A stretch of DNA of 64,000 nucleotides from Saprospirales bacterium (GTDB lineage Bacteria > Bacteroidota > Bacteroidia > Chitinophagales > UBA8649), in assembly GCA_002708985.1 (NCBI GenBank), contig PAPS01000006.1, forward strand, positions 2,187 through 66,186, written 5' to 3'. The notes under the pieces are model-generated. The model searched no databases, was not told the DNA's origin, and saw nothing but the letters and a program-made list of their open reading frames with translations. Of this stretch, positions 58,661-64,000 are shown piece after piece (within the stretch, counting starts at the first letter, position 1; each line of letters opens with the position of its first letter). A program made the translations under genes and the position numbers.

Positions 58661-58775
58661 CAGTTTTTTATTGGCTAAAAATGCCTCAAAAACCTATCCA
58701 AAAGACACGCTGTCAGTTGGAATTAACATAAAATGTGAGATGTATTTGATATGTTTGATTTAACAAGTTAAACCT

Positions 58776-59336
58776 ATGAAAAAGTTATTTTTTCAAGTGC
58801 TGTATATGGCATTTCTAATTCCTGTCTTAGTCTGTGGTCAAGAAACTCTTACGTATGAAGAGGTGATACAAGTTGAGAGTATGTCAAAAGAAGAATTGTT
58901 TAATAGAGCCAAGTTTTGGTTTGTGGCGTCTTACAACAGTTATAATGACGTATTGCAACTTGAAGACAAAGAGAATGGTGTAATTGTAGGAAAAGCTAAC
59001 ATCAAATATGAACCATCTTTTCTTTCAGGAAGTGGAACAACAAGAGGTGTAGTAAGCTATATGATTAAAGTATCTACAAAAGAAGGTCGCTACAAATATG
59101 AAATAACAGACTTCTTTCACGATCCTTATGACAAGAGTAACACCATAAGTCGATATAGCGTAGGGATGATAACTAATGATGAAGAAAACCCAAACCCTAA
59201 AGCTATGGCTAAGGGATGGAGCAATAAAGTCTGGAGGGACATAAAATCACAAATTGAATCAGAAATGTCTTTGTTGATTACAAGCCTTACCTCTGAAATG
59301 AATAAACCTGTAGAAAGTGAAGAGGATGACTGGTAA
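58776..59336 (+). CDS. DUF4468-like secreted protein
   Basis: Signal peptide. 'EEVIQVESMSKEELFNRAKFWFVASYNS...LQLEDKENGVIVGKANI' resembles the DUF4468 (TBP-like fold) pattern. Confidence 0.5.
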   Translation: MKKLFFQVLYMAFLIPVLVCGQETLTYEEVIQVESMSKEELFNRAKFWFVASYNSYNDVLQLEDKENGVIVGKANIKYEPSFLSGSGTTRGVVSYMIKVSTKEGRYKYEITDFFHDPYDKSNTISRYSVGMITNDEENPNPKAMAKGWSNKVWRDIKSQIESEMSLLITSLTSEMNKPVESEEDDW

Positions 59337-59340
59337 ACCT

Positions 59341-60498
59341 ATGAAACACCTTATCCTGCTATTCCTGCTAATTCTGCCAATTTCACTGCATTCACAGATT
59401 ACATTAAACGACCTCAAAAAACTTGACTCTAAAGAAGATTTTCAGAGGTTGTGTATCGAGCAAGGTTATGAAAGGATAAGGTCAGACGAATATGCAGATT
59501 ACGAAACCGTATATGCCTTAAAACCCACTTATGATAAAGAAAGAGCAGAAGGATGGGCAATTTACAGAGAATGGTACTCCAAGAATCCTACCTTAGACTT
59601 TCAGTTTGTTATTGATAAGGAAGAACATTACCATACGTATGAAAGAATAACAACAGACATAAAAGAAAACTGCATTTTTTTTGCTGTCAAGGAAAATTCA
59701 TCATATGATGCCATTTATTACAAGTGCTCTGGAAGTTTGTTTAGCGGAAAAATCGGCTATTACATTGATAATGGGGTTGGTTGTATTGTAACAGAAAGCG
59801 AAGGAGAACCTCTTTCCAAGATTAGCAAGGCATTTGACCACCCAGATACCGTAACAGTTTTGGACTTATGGGGGGCTCAACTTGAATCTCTGACACCGGA
59901 AATTAGTAAACTATACAATCTCAAGAAATTGGTTTTAAAATGGAATCAATTGACATCCTTACCTCCAGAAATTGGCCAACTATCAAACTTAGAATTTTTG
60001 GATTTAGGCGAAAATGATGTTTCCTTTTTACCTCCAGAGATAGGGCAATTGCGAAAGTTAAAGTTTTTGGACTTAAGAAGATGTAGATTGACCTCATTAT
60101 CGCCAGAAATTGGCCAACTATCAGATTTAGAATATTTAGATTTAGGCGGCAATATATTGACATCCTTACCTCCAGAAATTGGCCAGCTATCAAAACTTGA
60201 AGTTTTAGATTTATTCGCCAATAAATTAACCTTATTACCTCCAGAAATGGGGCAACTCACTAATCTCAAAAGTTTAAAAGTAATGTCTGCTGAATTGACC
60301 TCACTGCCATCAGAAATTGGACAGTTATCAAAACTTGAAGTTTTAGATTTAAGAGGCAACCAACTAACTTCTCTTCCTCCTGAGATAGGACAACTTTCCA
60401 ATCTTCAAACATTAGATTTAAGAGGTAACGAGCTATCTAAAACTGAAATCTCCCAACTTAAATGGAAGTTGCCTAATTGCGAAATCATTTACGATTGA
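59341..60498 (+). CDS. secreted leucine-rich-repeat protein (unknown N-terminal domain plus nine 23-aa LRRs)
   Basis: ATG at 59341 gives the signal peptide 'MKHLILLFLLILPISLHSQ'. Repeats follow 'L.LxxNxLTSLPPEIGQLSxLExLDL'. Confidence 0.85.
   Translation: MKHLILLFLLILPISLHSQITLNDLKKLDSKEDFQRLCIEQGYERIRSDEYADYETVYALKPTYDKERAEGWAIYREWYSKNPTLDFQFVIDKEEHYHTYERITTDIKENCIFFAVKENSSYDAIYYKCSGSLFSGKIGYYIDNGVGCIVTESEGEPLSKISKAFDHPDTVTVLDLWGAQLESLTPEISKLYNLKKLVLKWNQLTSLPPEIGQLSNLEFLDLGENDVSFLPPEIGQLRKLKFLDLRRCRLTSLSPEIGQLSDLEYLDLGGNILTSLPPEIGQLSKLEVLDLFANKLTLLPPEMGQLTNLKSLKVMSAELTSLPSEIGQLSKLEVLDLRGNQLTSLPPEIGQLSNLQTLDLRGNELSKTEISQLKWKLPNCEIIYD
59869..60450 (+). repeat. 69-bp in-frame tandem repeats encoding the LRR array
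   Basis: Repeated 'CCTCCAGAAATTGGCCAACTATCAAA...' units are visible in the DNA and the translation. Confidence 0.85.
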
Positions 60499-60517
60499 GC
60501 AAATGCTATCTTCTAAG

Positions 60518-60582
60518 CTTTTATATTTTTTTCTTTTTTCTTTTCTACTCTTCTCTTCTATACTTTTCTCTTCTTTTATATT
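60518..60582 (+). repeat. G-free polypyrimidine tract bounded by a perfect 10-bp direct repeat CTTTTATATT
   Basis: 65 nt with 7 A, 0 G, and the rest C/T. CTTTTATATT occurs at 60518..60527 and 60573..60582. The internal mirror motif is TCTTCTCTTCT. Confidence 0.75.
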
Positions 60583-60614
60583 GGCATTACCTCAAGAAGT
60601 GCTTGGAGCATTAC

Positions 60615-60953
60615 TTATTCCACCTTCGTTTTCCATCTTTTTTTAGCTGCATTCTTGCCTTTTTCAATTCGAGTGTGAGCGGCATTTATCTCTCTATCTA
60701 AAAAGTCAATAGTTACGTATCCATCTTCACCTAACTCTAAGTAATCATTGTCGATTAGGTGCTCTAAGTTCTCTCGTTGCTTAGGAAAACGCCCTATCAG
60801 CATATCACTATCCAAATCGCCTTCTCTAATCCAGTAAAGACACAATACATTGATGTATAGTCCTTGTATTTCTAATGACTCCAATGAAATACGATCAAAC
60901 ATCCATAGTGTAGGGTTGAACTTAAACCAACCTAATTTTTCTCCTGTTCTCAT
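60615..60953 (-). CDS. DUF1376-like phage/mobile-element protein
   Basis: 'WFKFNPTLWMFDRISLESLEIQGLYINVLCLYW' follows the DUF1376 pattern (W/Y..F...W..D..L s..e.G.Y..LL...W). Basic tail 'KGKNAAKKRW'. Confidence 0.5.
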   Translation of the reverse strand: MRTGEKLGWFKFNPTLWMFDRISLESLEIQGLYINVLCLYWIREGDLDSDMLIGRFPKQRENLEHLIDNDYLELGEDGYVTIDFLDREINAAHTRIEKGKNAAKKRWKTKVE

Positions 60954-61231
60954 ACTTTCCCAAAATTTCGTTGTTGAATAGCCTCGATAACTTCGCTCCT
61001 CTTGTAGAGTATTCTGTTCCCCATTCGATGAGATGGTATAAGACCTTCTTTAGTATGTTTAGAGAGCGTTGGAAGACTGATGCCGAGCATCTCCGCTGTC
61101 TCCTTGCGAGACATTAACACAACATCATCTTGAGAGGGTGTTATAGGCTTTTCCTCTACCTTATGCCTTAAGATTATATCTTCTATAATGTTTTCAATTT
61201 CCTTCGGTGTTGTTACGATTATTTTCTCCAT
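60950..61231 (-). CDS. excisionase-family helix-turn-helix DNA-binding protein
   Basis: 'LMSRKETAEMLGISLPTLSKHTKEGLIPSHRMGNRILYKRSEVIEAI' is a typical MerR-like/Xis HTH. 4-nt overlap with the downstream gene. Confidence 0.7.
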   Translation of the reverse strand: MEKIIVTTPKEIENIIEDIILRHKVEEKPITPSQDDVVLMSRKETAEMLGISLPTLSKHTKEGLIPSHRMGNRILYKRSEVIEAIQQRNFGKV

Positions 61232-61436
61232 TTATCTAAGATTTAAGCCAAAACTATACTGGATTATATGGGCTTCCAAATTTTGATTTCAACACGCTAA
61301 CCAGACAATTTCATAACGTACTGACTTGCAGTGACTAAGGGTGTTGATTACCCAATATGGAAAAAATCGTAAATGTTTATAAATCAATGAGTTATTAACA
61401 TTATTTGCCTAAATTTAGACTAAATATCAAAACAAA

Positions 61437-61904
61437 ATGAGCCGGATTTATCTAATTATTACCCTTTGTTTCTTTACTTTTTTAGCCTGCACAAACAGTG
61501 CAAATTTCAATGATTCAGATTCAAAACCAGAACAGACTGATACGACTGAAAAATCAGTCAATTTGGAGAATACAGTTGGAAGATATCAGAATCTAAGTGG
61601 AAACCCAGTTGGCTATTCAAGTGATTGTGGTCTTTCACAATCTTTAGAAATTATCGAGTTGACAAACAACATATATCGATGTTTTATAAGCCCCTTACAC
61701 CAAATGCCTTGGGAGAACACTTCTCATTGTGAGATAACTGTGGATATGAACAAAATTGAAAATGGCAAATGGATTGGAAATGAAGATGGGTGGTATATAG
61801 TTGTACCGAACAAGGGCTTTCAAAAAGACTTACCCTCCATTGTTCTTGCCTATGAAGATAGCACTGGTAAAGTTGAGGCCTATCCCTTTTACAGAAGGGA
61901 TTAA
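61437..61904 (+). CDS. hypothetical lipoprotein
   Basis: Lipobox 'TFLAC'. Confidence 0.5.
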   Translation: MSRIYLIITLCFFTFLACTNSANFNDSDSKPEQTDTTEKSVNLENTVGRYQNLSGNPVGYSSDCGLSQSLEIIELTNNIYRCFISPLHQMPWENTSHCEITVDMNKIENGKWIGNEDGWYIVVPNKGFQKDLPSIVLAYEDSTGKVEAYPFYRRD

Positions 61905-61917
61905 CTCAATAGATACA

Positions 61918-62103
61918 ATGACTTTGAAGCAGCACATACATTATTTAACTCTATTATCTGCAATAACCTTAGTATCCTGCAAGGACAGATATGATGAAGG
62001 GCACGAAGAAGGGTATGATGAGGGATATGAAGAAGGGTATGATGAGGGATATGAAGAAGGGTATGATGAAGCAGAGGACGATGCCTTTTACTATGGCTAT
62101 TGA
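61918..62103 (+). CDS. 61-aa lipoprotein with acidic (EGYD/EGYE) tandem repeats
   Basis: ATG at 61918. Lipobox 'ITLVSC'. 24-bp unit GAAGAAGGGTATGATGAGGGATAT is present in about 2.7 copies at 62005..62069. Confidence 0.5.
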   Translation: MTLKQHIHYLTLLSAITLVSCKDRYDEGHEEGYDEGYEEGYDEGYEEGYDEAEDDAFYYGY

Positions 62104-62112
62104 GAGGTCACA

Positions 62113-63378
62113 CTACTCATAGTAGTAAATCGTACGCTCATAAACACTTGATAATGCGCCATTATAATAGTGAGAAAACCGAGTAGGATTACCGTATTTA
62201 TCATAATCCTCAAAAGCTAAGACTTGATACTGAAACGGCTCACTATTTGAATAATATGATTTTTTAATTTCTACGAGATTACCTTTAGAGTCATATGCAA
62301 AATCAGCTACTAAATCATCTGTTTCACCAGCTTTTCGTATTGTAAACCTTGAAACTCGACCCAGTTCATCATATTCGTATAGCTCCTCTTCAAAAAATAA
62401 ATTATTGATTACGGATCGATGCCATTTTTTCTTACTTACCAACTGGTTGCTGTCATTGAAACTCCACTGATATTCACGCCACAGAGAATCGTTTTTGTAT
62501 TTTATTTCCTTTCTCATTTCCAAATCATTGCTCAAAACTTTGGTGAACTCTTCATTAGAAACCATCATTAAACTTCCAGCAGCATCAAACTCAAGAACTT
62601 CGTCTAGGACACCATTAACAACGGAATGGACAATTTTAGGATAACCATTAGAGTGTCTTTCGACTTCTGTGTATGTATAGTTATTCGTTGCCGTGTCAAT
62701 TTTCCGTACTCCTTCGATAGCGTTACCATCGGCATCTCTTTCTATTTGCCTGTAGTTTCTCCAGTTGTTATGGCTTATACCTAGAATCTGATTATTCGAA
62801 TCATACGTGTAATCAAAGTAATCTTGACTGTAGCAATCCCCCTTTCCATCAAAGGAAGCAGTATGAAATAAATTGTCATTGTCATCGTACGAATAAATCT
62901 GATGACCACCACCGACATAATCCACTTTAACAAGTAAGTTATTGTTGGTAAAAGAATAGATTTTTTCGTGCTTGGAATTAGGAACATTCTGAACGTAACC
63001 TCTTTCTAATTCTTCAATTAAACGTATAGGCCCTTTTAATCTGATATGTTCTCTTAATCCTAAATCAGTGTATGGTTCTTCAAAAAAGAAAAATTCATTG
63101 AAATGATCTGTACCTGGAAATAGTAGATAATTCGGAATGTTCACATATTGAAATCCTTCTACTGCCTTATTATACTTGTATAACGCAGATCTGTTATAAC
63201 TTAACAAATCATATGATTCTGCAGGATGTGGTTTGTCTGACTCTTGGGATTTATCTGAAGCAGCAGGACAAGCAACCAAGGTCATTAGAAGTGAGATTCC
63301 AAGGCCAAAACGAAGCGTGGATTTTAAAAATTTGTTATTCATCTCAATAGTTTTAACTCCGCACCCTATCAATATCAT
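62113..63378 (-). CDS. YD-repeat-like lipoprotein
   Basis: Probable start M at 63342, with lipobox 'LMTLVAC'. Motifs 'YSYDDNDNL', 'YTYDSNNQIL', 'YEYDELGRV', 'FAYDSKGNLV', 'YDKYGNPT'. C-terminal 'RTIYYYE'. Confidence 0.6.
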   Translation of the reverse strand: MILIGCGVKTIEMNNKFLKSTLRFGLGISLLMTLVACPAASDKSQESDKPHPAESYDLLSYNRSALYKYNKAVEGFQYVNIPNYLLFPGTDHFNEFFFFEEPYTDLGLREHIRLKGPIRLIEELERGYVQNVPNSKHEKIYSFTNNNLLVKVDYVGGGHQIYSYDDNDNLFHTASFDGKGDCYSQDYFDYTYDSNNQILGISHNNWRNYRQIERDADGNAIEGVRKIDTATNNYTYTEVERHSNGYPKIVHSVVNGVLDEVLEFDAAGSLMMVSNEEFTKVLSNDLEMRKEIKYKNDSLWREYQWSFNDSNQLVSKKKWHRSVINNLFFEEELYEYDELGRVSRFTIRKAGETDDLVADFAYDSKGNLVEIKKSYYSNSEPFQYQVLAFEDYDKYGNPTRFSHYYNGALSSVYERTIYYYE

Positions 63379-63401
63379 TCGCTTGAATGTAATCGAGAGA
63401 T

Positions 63402-64000
63402 CTATTCATAGTATTCAATTGTCCTGTTCCATTGTCTTCCATAGGCGTCACTATCTTCTTTAGAAGTCCAGTTACCATATTGGTCATAGCCAGAATAAGT
63501 GAAAGTCACAGGTCCATAAATTTCAGGGGAATACTCTAAGGATATCGGGTCTCCCAAATGATTATAAATATTTACAGGTATGTTCTTATTAGAGGGTAAT
63601 ATAAAGGAGTCAATAACATTTCCTTGATCATCGGAATACCGAGTTTGAATTAATGTCTCACCTTCATATATCTCTCGTAGATTCCCCAGCGAATCGTATT
63701 CGAATTTTATAGCTTTTAAAATCGGGCCATCCTTATTGCCTTTAACATAGAAACGTTCGATCTTAACAACGTTGCAGCCTTCATAATGATATTTTGTAGT
63801 TAATATACCTGTGGAAGGGGCGTTCAAAAAATCACTCATTGCTACTCTCTTTCCATATTTATCTCTCTCGATTTCTATGTTTTCCAATAAAGCAGTGTCA
63901 TTAAATTCTTTGAAAGCTTTGCGATAAGAAACCTGAAGACCATTATCATCATACTCATACTCTTCAAACCAATCCTCCTCACCGCTTTTTTTATCAATTG
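63402..64000 (-). CDS. YD-repeat-like protein, paralogue of 62113..63378; 5' end lies outside the window
   Basis: The frame stays open upstream of the TTG at 63887 to the window edge ('...YEYDDNGLQVSYRKAFKEF...'). Motifs 'FEYDSLGNL', 'YDQYGNWT'. C-terminal 'RTIEYYE'. Confidence 0.6.
   Translation of the reverse strand, partial: IDKKSGEEDWFEEYEYDDNGLQVSYRKAFKEFNDTALLENIEIERDKYGKRVAMSDFLNAPSTGILTTKYHYEGCNVVKIERFYVKGNKDGPILKAIKFEYDSLGNLREIYEGETLIQTRYSDDQGNVIDSFILPSNKNIPVNIYNHLGDPISLEYSPEIYGPVTFTYSGYDQYGNWTSKEDSDAYGRQWNRTIEYYE

Larger units (their letters stand above)
56232..64000. mobile_element. putative accessory island or degraded integrative-element remnant (right boundary not in window)
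   Basis: Xis-type HTH plus a DUF1376-like pair, a relic gene-fragment duplication, mixed-orientation small unknown genes, an LRR protein and paralogous lipoproteins. No integrase or transposase is seen in the window. Confidence 0.35.

Noticed and set aside
59869-60450. Regular 69-bp repeats that superficially resemble a repeat array (CRISPR-like periodicity)
   Set aside because: The repeats are contiguous with no unique spacers, and they are in frame within a long ORF encoding canonical 23-aa leucine-rich repeats. The antisense ORFs 59921..60193 and 59946..60401 are artefacts of the same repeats.
61801-62103. 100-aa version of the ORF overlapping the end of 61437..61904
   Set aside because: The first 39 codons overlap the upstream lipoprotein gene and look non-coding. 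The internal ATG at 61918 gives a clean lipoprotein signal, so I prefer the 61-aa product.
56232-64000. Prophage interpretation of the island
   Set aside because: The window contains no capsid, portal, terminase-large, tail or lysis genes. Only small regulatory or replication-type proteins are present.

Overview
This window reads as a chromosomal segment from a Bacteroidota genome, probably Flavobacteriia-like. The evidence is three very large proteins ending in the T9SS type-B 'gliding motility' C-terminal domain, a PorP/SprF gene, the bamD-rpoZ-coaC/coaB-DUF4835-recN gene order, and no Shine-Dalgarno signals.

About 0-53 kb is mostly core genome:
- Replication and repair: dnaA, tRNA-Ser(GCT), gyrB, recN.
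- Metabolism and envelope: fabI, dapA, accA, bamD, coaC/coaB.
- An ArsR-TauE-MBL/rhodanese sulfide-response operon.
- A polysaccharide sugar-transferase cluster.
- An orphan GAF/PAS histidine kinase.
- A strikingly eukaryote-like dihydroceramide desaturase.

From about 53 kb the content becomes accessory:
- A three-gene membrane cluster ending in an HTTM::DCC (CxxC) fusion. This is my best candidate for an uncharacterised system.
- From about 56.2 kb to the window end, a patchwork of small unknown genes. By eye it is more AT-rich, but I did not compute this. It holds a 63-nt relic duplication of a gene 5' end, a DUF4468 protein, a secreted 9x leucine-rich-repeat protein, an excisionase-type HTH plus a DUF1376-like protein, and tandem YD-repeat-like lipoproteins.

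I saw no rRNA, CRISPR array, transposase or integrase. All family calls come from reading motifs in the supplied translations. No HMM or BLAST search was possible, so every family name is a hypothesis to confirm.
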